Both the position numbers and the translations under genes were made by a program. Below are positions 1-12,083 of a DNA stretch of 64,000 nucleotides, in pieces. Source of the DNA: Klebsormidium nitens (taxonomy: Eukaryota; Plantae; Klebsormidiophyceae). Location of the stretch: positions 2,731 to 66,730 of the forward strand of contig DF237455.1 in the NCBI GenBank assembly GCA_000708835.1, read 5' to 3'. The notes under the pieces were generated by a model. It had not been told where the DNA came from. It made no database searches and was given only the letters and a program-made list of their open reading frames with translations. Within the stretch, counting starts at the first letter, position 1. Every line of letters begins with the position of its first letter.

Positions 1-2567
1 CTTCGCGACGAAGCCGGGCGACTTTTGGTTGGAGGTGAGGGTGAGGTTGATGGTCATGTCCGTGTGACGTCTCGCCGCGTAGATATGGGATTTGGGAATG
101 ACGGCGACTTGTATGCGGTTGTACAAAACTCTGTCTATACTGCTATAATACGAGTAGGCGGGCCAAGTACTGGTCAGGTGGATGTTGTCCAGGCTGACAT
201 TCGTCGCAAACTGCACAGGAAGCGGGGTTGGATCAGCGGGTTGCCTGATAACCATAAACGTTAGAAGTAAGAAGGATCTAATAGCAATAACGAAGAGGAA
301 TCTTCTGGTTAACCAACACCAAAACCCTAAGCACTAAATGACTCGATCGCTCCGCACCCGAACCCACCCTACCACCAGACTAACCCCACCCGTCCTCGTC
401 GGTTTCTCATTACTATTAGACCTTGTTACCATTGAAATTTAATTCTATGTTGCCTGCACGTGTAGGCTGTGGAGTTATGGTTTGTAGTGGGGTAACGCGA
501 AAGCAAACCCGTTGCCATACCATTGCGACGACCCGCAAAAGTATGCAATCAGAAGTCGAGTGTTAAGGTACCTTGAGCTAGTCAACGCCGTCACTTTCGT
601 GACCGAATATGAACCAGATACAGCACTCGTTTGAGAATCCAAAGATGCTCCAAGTTTGCAACTTGGTTCGAAATTACCTTGCAGGTCTTCTCGCATTAAT
701 CACAAAAAAAGTTGCTTTGTTGAAGATCGGTTCAGGGCGACTTTACGGTTAAGTCGTCCATCTCGTAAGGTCAAAACGGCCTTGCAGAAAATTTGAGGTC
801 AAATCAGCCTGATAAGCTGAGCTAGTGAAGATCGAAACAGCCTCAGCAAAGATCTAAAAGCGGGAAGAAATCCGGAATGTAGTAAACATACACTGAAAAC
901 GCAGCCGTAGCTGCTCATGGAGTGAGCGCAGTCACAAATGAAGTTCGCAGTCAAGACGACGAGCAAACCGTGCGTCAAGCTGATTAGAATCTACCAAGGG
1001 CGTTGACCATCGGAGTGTCCTTACCCCGAACCTCCAGAATTTGGACGACGTATACTGCTGCCCGACAAAGTTCGCTGCCCGGTTGGCCAAGTCCAGCGCA
1101 GCGCCAGTGAAGTCACACCCCTGCGTTGTGCTCGTACCGATCGCCAGGCCCACTATGGTTGTGCCCGGGGTCGCGCTGAGTGACGTCACGTCCAGCAGAA
1201 TGACGGGGGCGCCCTGGACCGCGGTGATGAGCCGCTTCTTCACCGGGTCGTAGTCGAGCGTGCGCGGGCCGCCCTTGCCGCTCCCCGTGAAGGTTGTTGA
1301 CGTGTGCGTCATCGTCGTCGTGCGGACGGGGCTCATTGCATCAAGGGAGAATGCGCGAGTGAGAAGCCGCGCCGCCTCCAACATTCTGGCATTCCTGCAT
1401 TCCTGAGACGGAGTCCAATGCAATGTTTCAAGTCAATTGGCTTCGAGATGCGGGGGGTGAGTTTGGAAACGAGGTTTCAACCTTAACTGCAGACAAGCTC
1501 TACATGCTGATGACATTCTCAAAGTCAACTCCAAAGGATCTATATAAGCATGTCAAAAGCCGATAGTACTGTACGCGATTCGCTCTTCTTCTAGAAAGCT
1601 GCTGCTCTATGGGAGCCGCTGTTTCACTTAATCTGGCGAACGATAGGAAAAGGATGAAAGGCAAGACAATGGACTTCTCGACGTCAAGGGCTCTTTTGGA
1701 TCACTTTGCGAACACTAGCTGATGATTGTCCGAACCACCACATTCTGTTCAACAGCCCACTAACAAATTTCTTTGGAAAGTAAGATTGCACTCTCTCTCT
1801 GCTCACCTGTGTACTCTATGGCATACCAAATGGGCTTGGTTGTTGCGCCGCCTGTTTCGCTTGGTGCGAAGAGGATGCCCCGAGCTGTGTCCAGCGCCAA
1901 GGGGATCGAAAAATTGCTGGCGTTGGGGTAATTCAGGGTCATTAACTTCGCCTGTGGGCACAGGAACGTGGGCAAGTAGCTCCCGTCCAGCGACAGCGGG
2001 AACTTATACACCTGTGCCATGCAGAGCAGAGTTACTATCGCGACAGCTGTCATAGGCTTCGAGACAGGTGTCAACCACTCTCAGAAGCTTGCTGCTTGCG
2101 TCTCTTGTTGTACAGCGCTCCTTGCATCTTTCTAAAGCTCGGCGTGCATTTGTTTAGGACCGGATTCAACGCAGCGGCATTGCTTCTTGAAGTGTTAGCA
2201 AGCAAATTACTCCTGATTGGAACACTTGCATGATAATTTTAACCTAGGCAACTATCCATCACAGTATATTTTGCAGGGCAATAGAGGCGACACGTGTCCT
2301 CACCCCGTTGTTCCACGTGGTGAACATGAGGCTCCTTCCCTCGTCCACGTAAAACTCCCCCAGAGAGTGACCCGGGGAGAAGGGCGTCGTCATGGTGGAC
2401 GTCATGAAAGTACTCCCCACACTTGCCTGGCTATTGCACATGGGCTGCCCAGAAACGCCCCCCTCTGCTGGCCTCACAAAACAGACTAGGCGGACAAGGC
2501 CAATCGCTGCAAGGAGGGTGTGCCACGTGGCACTTGGCCCGACGGGCCCCAGCTTCCGATGCTTCAT
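1..2567 (-). CDS. Secreted beta-propeller-like protein of unknown family, paralog A (runs off the window; exon 3 acceptor defective, possible pseudogene)
   Basis: Exons 2567-2304, 2011-1807, 1335-1025 and 210-<=1 align with the gene at 60073-64000 at the same intron positions and phases (exon 2 is 205 nt in both; 55 of 68 residues identical by my count). The N-terminal hydrophobic segment LLAAIGLVRLVCFV..AEG resembles a signal peptide. A 5'UTR intron lies at 2957-2580. Confidence 0.75.
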
Positions 2568-3513
2568 TCTTCACTACTCCTGCAAAGCACCGGGGATGCA
2601 ATAGAATCAAGAATGAGCAGGAAGATGCACACCCTCTGAGTAGAGTCCGAATGTGACGGTACCAAGAGGATGCCAAAGTGCGCCTCGGGTTACGAATCGA
2701 CTGTGACCTTTGCGACTGTTGCAAGGGCCAGATCGTTTGATTGAGCCTGCAGTCATATCAGGCTGTAAACCACCCGACTGAAGAAGGCTGCAGCATATGT
2801 TTCCTGGCTCTGGACTCTAGTGGACAAGGGCGCTGCCTCGATGCATGGCACACACACGGATCGTCGTTACTCCGATGCATACTCGCTGTAGAAGATCCGA
2901 TTACAAAGAATAAGTTCTTCAGTGTTGTAGGATGGACAAGGAGGCAGGAAGACTTACCCTGATCAGTGCAGGTGTAGAAGTCTGAGCAAAACTAGCATCA
3001 CTCCTGAGAGCTGAGGACCTCTTCCACTCATCTTCCAAAGGCGGCCCAGTGCTTAACTCCAATGCCCCAGCAACAGTATCTTTGCTTCCGACGCTCTTCT
3101 CTTCGCAAAGATGCGGCCAGAGTATGACCCTGAGATTTGGTGTTTACTTCCGCTTGCATGCCCTGCTTCGGATGCCAGCACAAGGATCTCCTAACAAGAA
3201 ACACCTATCGTTTGGTTTGATTACTCTCCGGTTGCCAGCTTGTGCGGCAGCGTTCTTCATCAATGCTGAGAAAGCAAGGCTACTTCAGCCGCCACCCAGG
3301 CGCTACCATTGAAGGCTCAGCTGTGTGACGCAATGACGCGTGATCATGAAGGCTGACCCCGCTTTGCAAATTCCCTCAACTTGCAGCCCATGCCATGCCA
3401 GTACTCGACCACGTGACCGGTTGTCAAACTGCACTGTGTCGACATTCTCATATTTACCTAATAAAGTCAATAATTGGACAGGGCTTTCAATATTGTCAAA
3501 CACTTATTCGAAT

Positions 3514-3546
3514 CCACCTGCGCCCACCTGCGCCCACCTGCGCCCA
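3514..3546. repeat. 10-bp tandem repeat (CCACCTGCGC)x3
   Basis: Three perfect copies plus a partial copy, seen directly. Confidence 0.9.
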
Positions 3547-5331
3547 ATGTCTCGACCATGTTCTACAAATAAAATTGCAGTACTTAAGCTGTCCAGCAGC
3601 TATCCACCTGAGTCAGTGACTCAGTCTGCGCAGTAGTAAGTATCTGACAAAAGCGAGCTAGCTGCGACGGTGCATTGACCCACTAGATCTGATCCCATAT
3701 CTTCTCGTACAATATGCACATGTACATGACAACCTAACTTATACTACTGTAGTACCAGTCACGGTGACGGGTTGGGGCCAGATATCCAATTATGTGTCTC
3801 TCTGCGAGCAGCTTTTAATGCAAGCACTATATTTTTCTGCAAGTATGCATGCCGAAATTACTAGCTCATCGAGCTGCAGGCTGAGCCGGCCGGCCTAGGT
3901 CCACTGACTGAACTGTGACATCCAATTCATGGCGACGCGCGCGCAAGTATCATCCTTGATTCTCGATCGTTGGATGAAATACCAGTCCTCGATCGACGGC
4001 TAGATCTCTTCCTGATTTCGAGCAACCTGTCACTGAGTCAAATTCTTCGGGCCACGTGTTTATCTAATACTTTATTACTATCCAGCAGGTACCTAATTCC
4101 AAAGTACCGGTACTAGAGAAAGTGCATGTTGCGGGGCATGTTGCGATTGCAGTTGACGTCATTACACCGTCACCATACCTCAGATGAGAGTATGGTAGTT
4201 TATAGTCTAGACTAGCAGTGAGCTCCAATCCGGGGTCACCCTCTCATCAAAGTGAGTTGTAGAAGAAAGCATTTACGTCGTCTTCCGACTGGAGGCTGCC
4301 CTGGCCCGACAATTTCATTGGAAGATTTCAAACTTCAATGTAGATTTCAGTGCCCGTTGAACGACATTGTTTCGTACTCCCCTTGCGTATGGAGTTCCTT
4401 TCTCTTCCTTCACTGCCGCGTCATACAATCATAAACCGGAATGAAACTTATAGATATATAGAACTGGTATGAATCATATTCTTCGTAAAGAGCACTGGTA
4501 ACGGAGAACTGTGACTTCGTCTTTACGTCTTTTTTGGCTTTGCTTGTATACATAGTCTATTTTCGGTCAACGTTGATCAATCAAGCTGGCCGTTGCCCGG
4601 GCAAAAAACTTCTGAAGATTGGCCGGACTCCGTACTGCATCTCGAATCCGTCAAATTCCTAATCATCTTTTTTGACATGCGATTAATCTGACCTGCTCAC
4701 AAATATCACTGCCACTTCGAGGACAAGTTTTTCAAGGACAAGCAAGCGCGCGCGTACGTTTGAGCCTCGACCAATCAATATTCGACCTCTTAATAGAGCT
4801 GGCCGCGAACAATTTTGCCATCGAGCACGCCCGCTACCTCAAGTTCTCAGGTTTGGTCCTTTGCGGCGTTCGTAGTTTTGAGTGCCTTGATGTCTAACGG
4901 TGATCTCGTACGTCGAAAAGAATGCGCATAAGCAAAGAAATGATAGAGCTGCAAAGCAGGACTCGCAACATCGCATTTCCAGGCGGCCTTCATTCTCACA
5001 TTTTGCAGATTACAGTAGCCCGGCAGACAATCAAATGCAGCCAGGCAGAGATCGAACTCTGGATGCTTGCAAGTGTACGAATACCTGCATCATGCTCAAC
5101 AGAAGTAATAATGTTTTCGTGACTTATTGTACAGCTGTTAAGTACCAGCTGTTTGAACACACAAATCGACTAGAGTCCTCATAGTCAGCTATCTTCAGAA
5201 CAATAATGATTGTTTTACTGGCTGCTTTTAACTAGGGCAGCTTCCACTAGCATATAATTACTCGATACTTCCTTCTACTTACAGAAACACGAAGTGCCCA
5301 CAACATCTCGCCACGTGGGCAATCATCCACT

Positions 5332-8300
5332 CTACTGGCCCCCACTCAGTCTCCGCTTCCGATTTGTCGTCCCCTGCGCCCCGACCCGCCTCTGCGTCTT
5401 TGGCGGCAGCTGCAATGAATGCCGAAATAAGTTTGGACGTAAACATCAAGCCCAGTGAAAGCAAACACTATGCGTGGGTTCTCCAAAGGGTTAGGGTGGG
5501 TACGGATGCGGAGCGCTTAAGGCACGTCAGGAGGTTTTGGCCCCTACCCATGGATGGTCATGGGCTGGTTATGGGCTGGTTAAAAGTGGTTAGATGTCCA
5601 TTGACCAGACTTGGGCGGTAACGAGCCCTGACCGAGGTTAAAGCCCGATTTATCTGTTCAATACGCTGAGACTTAGGTCTCCTTATCAGCCTGGTTAGTA
5701 ACCAAAACTTCCTGCAAATTTCAGGAATTTCCTGTTGATTGAACCCAAAGAGCTTCTATCGATTGTGCTGCAGTCGAGAACTTACATGCAGTTGCACCGG
5801 GGGCTCGTGAGGAAGAACCAGGGCCTCTTTCTTGGGGAGCCCTAGCTGGGCGGTCAGTCGGGGGGGGCTGCTCACCGCCTGGTGCCGGCCCGGGAACACA
5901 GCGGCCTGCCGATTGGGACGAGAAGAATAATCGTGAGAAGGGGGAATGCGCTGATGACACCTGGCAAGTCTATCTGGAAATAGCATCCGTATCACAGGAC
6001 GCTTTGCTCTTAACGACGATTGGGTTGAAGGCGTTGAACCAGTGTTCCTCGGTAGACGGGCGCTGAACCGGCCCTGAACTAAGCTTGGTTAATCCTGATA
6101 TTGTCCGGTGATAGCTGACCGGCTCATTGCGAACTGCCATAAAAAGCCGTCAATTACGACCTGTGCACTGAACGGACCGAGGTAAGGCGAGGCTGAGATA
6201 GAGATTTCTACTTCAGTGGCACTTCTAGTGTTCCCAAGTGGCCCAACTGCAGTTAGCTAGCCTCTGTTCAAAATCTGAAGAAAGAGCGACGACACAAGTG
6301 GGCTTTTACAACACTACTTCAAGGGCAGGCTACAGAAGCGCACCTCGAGTTTGGCCTTGATGACCTCCTTGCTGACGTTTCTGATGGGGACGTAGAACAC
6401 GTGCAACACGCGGCCGCGGCAGGACGATAGCTCGCCGTCCGTCACCTGGACAGAGAAACAAACGGAACCTCATCTGCTCTTCCGCAGAAAAGATTCGCAC
6501 ACCTTCAACGGCGTAAATCACTCCCATCTACCATGGCAGAGATCAGCCATTGCTCCTCAGATCCGAATAGTTTGTGGAACGTCAATTTTACCGAAGAGTT
6601 GAATGTTCGATGTTCCAAATTTTCGGACTCTGCCAAATCGGACTCTGCCGGATCCGTTGTGAAACAGATCCCCCCAATTGAACGCAAAATACAAGGTAAT
6701 CCGAGTCCTCTATGGACTCGCTCCTGATCAAAGCTGATCAATTTGGCGGTCTTCAGCCCGCAAAATTTAGGTTGTCTAACCTCAAGGCCGAGCTGCTTGA
6801 GCGTGGCGATGACGTCAAACAGCAGCCCGCCGCGTGTCGGGCACGTGATCCGGACGACGTATGACTGATCGCGGACGTCCACAGCAATCTGGGCAGATAG
6901 AAAGCGCGCGCGTTAGGAAGGAATGATGCGCGGGCGAATCGGAGAAAGTTCTCTTGGGTGTCTTTGACTGAGCATTGAAGTCAATGCAACTGAACGCCTC
7001 AAACTATTGCAGACCACATACGAAGTCGCTCGCGGATTCTTCAAGTCGCATATCGAGAAACCTTGTCACACAGGAAAGAAAAGGATCGTTCTCCTCTGGA
7101 CGCACGTCGGATGCAAAGACTGAAACCCCTGTTGGAAGCCGTCAAATGAGCCGGCAAAGTCTAGCTTGGACAATTCACGAGTAGAGACTGAAGAGCTTAC
7201 ATGTGACTGGGAGAGACTGAGCGTTGGTAAAGACACGGAGGAAAGCATACCTTATCCTGAAGAGAGGTCGCTTCCTCTTCTTCAGACAACCAGCCCGGGC
7301 TGCGGGCAGACACGGTCGGGGTGTAGACTTCCGACATGGCAGCCTGCTGCTGCTGCAGGGGAAAAGAACCGGGGGATGAGCCCGACTGGAATGTGCAATG
7401 ACCGGAAGCTTATATCCTTACTCCACACTTGGTCAAAGTGCATCGAAGCAAACGTGAACCACGTTCTTTTGGTAGAAGGGCACTTAACCAACCAAGCTTG
7501 GCTAGTGCTGATCTCTTTATGTGAGAATTCACCGAAGACATCAATTTGCTGGAGTGGAGATGTGAGCCGTTGCAATCAAAGCAAAAAAATCACAGCAGAG
7601 GAGGAGTCGCACCGCTTGAACACTGCGGGAAATCAGCCGATTCCGTCAAAGGCGTGTGAGCAAACGTCAAGGTGCACACCTCGATTCTCCGGGGAGAGCC
7701 AACTGATAGTCTCCAGATCTGAGGGGGCCGATGGCGAATCGCTAACTTGCGTCACCCGATTTCTATAGTGTCCGCTTCCCAAGCCACCCAATCGACAATC
7801 GGACTTTTCTGAAGACGCCGGCATCGTGCCTTTCTGCGTATATTATAACCGTAACGGCAAGCTTCATCAGAGGGGTAGCGTTACGCACCGGGTGGCTGGC
7901 GGTCTGCTCGTCGGTAGCCTCCTTCTGCAGCAGATTGTCCGCCCCGGCCGCTTGGAGGCGACTCACGTAGTCTATCACCGCCTTGAGCACGGTCGCCTTG
8001 TCGGCCTGTCGGGAAGAGCGGATGTGAGCTCAGGCGAAGAGCGGCGAAACCGGTGCTTTTCTGGTTTTTGTTGCACACAGAGTCAGAAGGTGAAAAAGTA
8101 CTAGGGCACAGACGGAAGGGGTGGGGTGGCGATGTGACGCGTGCAGTTCGTTAATGAGACTTCCCCCTGTTCTTTAAGACACCGAGGCACCTGATAGCCT
8201 GGGCAATAAGATGCTACTGTACCAAGCTCAAAGACGGGGTTGATTACCCGTTACCTTTCCTTCTTTGCAAAGCAAGTCAGAGAAACGTGAACGACGTTCT

Positions 8301-10696
8301 AGCAGTCAAGGGAGAATCTTGCGTATGTCGCTCGGAATATCCCGTTTGGCCGCCCGAGCAATGTACAAGCATGCCGATCGGCATTCTCCAGGTCAGGCTA
8401 AACATGACAAACCGGGCGATTTTGTGAGGGTGAAGTCACCTTCTGAGTGCCCGGTATGAGTCGCCGGAGGATGTCGAAGCGGTCGTTGATTCGATCTCGT
8501 CGCCTCTGCAAGAAGGCGCGAAAGAGTTGAAGAATTTCGCAAATTCCTTACGGCAGAGCTTGCTGATCTGAGCTAGATCTCCAGCCATTTTCTGACTGGA
8601 TCTGCAACGTATGCGAGAGGGTCGACGCGACCAAGGAAACAGCGGTTAGCATGCAAAATGCAGCTGGAAGTTATTGGCTCATACGAACTTAGGAACTTCC
8701 GTCCTCATCGTTCTGGATTCTGTGGTAATACGAGCCCGAGTACAAGATCATCACAAACGGAGGTGGAGCTCAAGAAAGATAATAATAAGCCAAGGTAATA
8801 TTTGGATCCGACTAACACTAGAAACGCTAACTCAAAAAGATACCTGCTGCGCATGCACCTGCACCTGCTCCGCACCCATACCCACCCTAACAAAATAACC
8901 CTAGCCGTCCCGGTGCGGTTACCTTAATATAATTTCGGCTTATTATGTAGTCTCTTGAGTTCGTTGAGTCTCACCCGCTCTGCTGCGCTGTGATTCGTGG
9001 GGCTCAGGAGCTTGCGCCCCGGGGTGCTCGCCGGATAATACGGGCTGCTCGCCTGTCAGCAGAACAAAAAACTGGTCATACCTCTTCTCTTTCCCGTGAA
9101 AAGCAGTGGAAAGAAAAAGTGGATACTTGGCGGCTCCTTCTGCCCTTTCTTTACTCGAAAGCTCAGATTCCATACGAGTCCAGAATCGACCGTTTCTGCA
9201 CGAATTCTTGTCAAGGCTCTTGCCGGCTCTGGCCGTTTCTTCACACCTTTTGGTTTCTGATCAACGCATGCGGCTTCCCGATAGGCGCGTTCTTCAACCA
9301 GAGGATCGTCACTCCTTTTGTCCGATGGGCTCTTAGGACGTTGCACCGTTACAATTGGACTGCTGCCACCCATTAGCAGAACGTCTCGTTGTGCAACATG
9401 GCCGGCCAGAAAAGCCAAGAACTACGCTTTCATGCCTTCATTGAGCTGGTTCATTTGAGGATTATACCACTGCACTTTGAGCTGCTGTATGCTGTTCAGA
9501 CCGCAGAACAACGCAACAGGCTCCGCGGTTCAGGTCACCCTTACACAGGGGCGGCAGAGCGCACGTTGGCAGCAGCGCAAGCGGAATCGGCACTGGATCT
9601 ATAGTGGTCACTTGCTTCGTGCCTCGTGTGTCGTTTTCTGCGACGACTTCGTCATCTGCTGACTTTTGACAAGGGGCATAGAACTCACCCAAGGCAGGGG
9701 GGTGCCAGCTGCAGCCCCGTCCTCTTCTCTCCTCTGCGCTCCGTCCCCCCCCCCTACGCGTGCCGCTGCGCCGCGAGTCCTCCAATCTCCCTCCCCCCCA
9801 CCAAACGCCTCGGCCCCCCACGGCGTGACGTCACCCCTGAGGTCAGGAAGGCCCAGCACCGCTGCTCTGATCGACCGCGGGGACGGCGGCAGGGGGGTGC
9901 CCAGCCCCTTGAGAAGCACCCCCCCGGGAGGTTTTAGGTTTACCGTCGGCACTGCTCCCGGCCCGATGCGCAAGTCTTTGACCCATTGCGGGAGGACGTA
10001 TCTTTCAGGGAGGGGCTCGACTTGCTCCCCTTGGTTGTTGACGTAATAGTCCGCAATGCCCCGCCAGCTGTTGCTGTGGAGCAGACCCCCGGCCTCGTGC
10101 GCGTCTGTGCTGGGGGGGAGGATTTGCAGCGGTTCAAGCCCCCCCAGAAAGTCGTTCGAGAGGCCGGCGTTCAGCAGGTGGTCGGGGTTGAAGTCCGAGG
10201 GGGGGAAGTCGCCAGACCCTCCCGCCTGGAACTGATTGAAAACGGAAAGTTGAGTTGCCCGCAATTCTTGAACAAAAACAAGGAGGATCAAAAACAAGGC
10301 ATGTAAGGTTTTGGCAGTCATGCTGCTTGTATTCTGCCCAACCCATTGCTACAAATATACTAGCAGCAGAACTACCTCCTGTTCATGATCAATCAATTTA
10401 TGCAACCCCGCGGCTCACATGCATGCACGCAATCTGCTTTCCAAGTGATATTCTCAGCCTCTGCCTGATTAAAGCAACGCGTTCCTCAACTAACCAACCA
10501 GCCCATAAGGAATGTCCATCCGACTTGCCTGTTCCAGATACAGAAACGAATTGGCGAACTGCCCGTCCTCCCCCCCCTGTGATGCATTCGCATCCAGCCA
10601 ATTCCCACTCCCCGGTTTTCGCTCGTCCAAGTCAAGCACCTCGCCATACTCCGCCATCGTGCGGCGGAGGGATCCCTCACGGCTGCGCCCTTCCAT
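5332..10696 (-). CDS. bHLH transcription factor with C-terminal ACT-like domain
   Basis: Exons 10696-10529 (GC donor), 10231-9689, possible exon(s) near 9360-9175, then 9052-8975, 8505-8440, 8005-7889, 6888-6781, 6445-6344, 5905-5876 and 5409-5332. They join to give HSAAERRRRDRINDRFDILRRLIPGTQKADKATVLKAVIDYVSRLQ (bHLH) and VVRITCPTRGGLLFDVIATLKQLGLEVTDGELSSCRGRVLHVFYV (ACT-like). An alternative unspliced stop is at 6314-6316. Confidence 0.85.
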
Positions 10697-12083
10697 TATG
10701 ACGACCCCGCATCAGCATTGGGCAGCAATCCACGCTAAGCGTCTCAAAAGTGATCAAACATGCGCAGCATTACGTTTCCAATTCCTGGTGCCTCTCTATC
10801 CCCAATGCCACCACTTGCGGGGGCCCTCATGTCGGCATCAAGACTACCAGGAAACAAGTTTGCCTAGGAGGAACCTCAGTTTAAGCCCTCATCGACCTCG
10901 CCCGCATTCCTTATTTCGCCAATGTCACAATGCTAGCTTCTCTCACACGACGTGTCATTGTAAAAAGCGTGCAGGATTGTGCACCGGGGAGGGTTGGATC
11001 CACAGTACCATACTCAGATCAAGAGTTGGGCTGATTTCGCGGGATTGTTGCTGCCTTGTTCAAGGGGCTGAAAGAGTCACATTCAGCTTTAATTTTAATT
11101 TAATATCGTTGAGATAAAGCTAGGCCAGTAGTGTGCATGATTTGCGATACGTGATCATTGTTGGACATACCGACGTGAAACTTAGCTGCTGAAATATAAA
11201 ATACAAATCTAGACCTTCCACCACTCAAATTGTCTTCCCATGGGCAGATTCTGTATAGCTACTGCAAGACGATGCAATGACTTTACTCGCCAAATTCGCA
11301 TGCAAGAACCAGGCGTTGAAGTTTCATGGCCCCATTTCAGATCCATCATGATCAGATCATCCAGATCAATTGGCTGGTTTTTTCGACCTGAGCCGTTCCA
11401 GCTGGCTCAACTCCGATTCTAGTCCGACCCAAAAGTTGTGACCGTACCATTGCATCACACAAGTACCTATCTTAGAAAACTGCGGCCAGCTCCAGCCTGG
11501 TATATTCGGCCGGCAATGCGCTGCTGATCTGGGCAGGATTTGCGATTCGGTAGCATTGCGATGCACGCACGCAGAATGGTCGCGAGACCTCAGATCGTGA
11601 TGATTGCACTTTTTGGCAACCACCTCTTGACTCCGCTCCGGTCCCGAGAAAGTTGCGTGCAAGCCCAATCGCGAGAGTCGTCGATTGTCTATATGTACCC
11701 GGAAGAAGCAGATCCGGCCGTCGGATCTTGGGCAGGTCGAGAGCCGTCGAACCAGGCCAAATCCAGATCTGACGGTACAGAGACTCGAATCTTACGATCC
11801 TGTGCGAAATGGGCACTGCAGGCTGCAGCAGAGCTCTTCTCTCGTGATACCTAGCAAAGAAGAAGCGCACAGGAATCATGATTGCGCTCTAATATGGAAT
11901 AGGTAGGCAAGAGGGATTTTAGGAGGAGCTGACGTATCTTGTCTTCTCAAAAACCCCTTCAAAGCAGCACGTGCAAGGAGGTTCTCTCATGCTGCCCCCT
12001 CGAAACAGAATGCTGGGTCTTATCCTGCATTGTAATCGCTGTTTGACTACAGTCACGTCGCTTTGACCCAGCTGTTCTGTAGT

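Noticed and set aside
3607-3623. Perfect hairpin CTGAGTCA-G-TGACTCAG as a possible Helitron 3' end
   Set aside because: No CTRR terminus at the expected distance and no other element features; a short palindrome can occur by chance.
7166-7768. 200-aa + strand ORF
   Set aside because: It lies antisense inside a bHLH intron, has no recognisable motif and no supporting splice structure.
10232-10321. Signal-peptide-like start (MTAKTLHALFLILLVFVQ) of ORF 9608-10321
   Set aside because: This is the pyrimidine-rich end of the GC-AG intron read in frame; the exon starts at 10231.
11331-11813. CCCATTTC...GAAATGGG inverted ends as a possible MITE between bHLH and F2KP
   Set aside because: Only 8 bp pair and no target-site duplication is seen.
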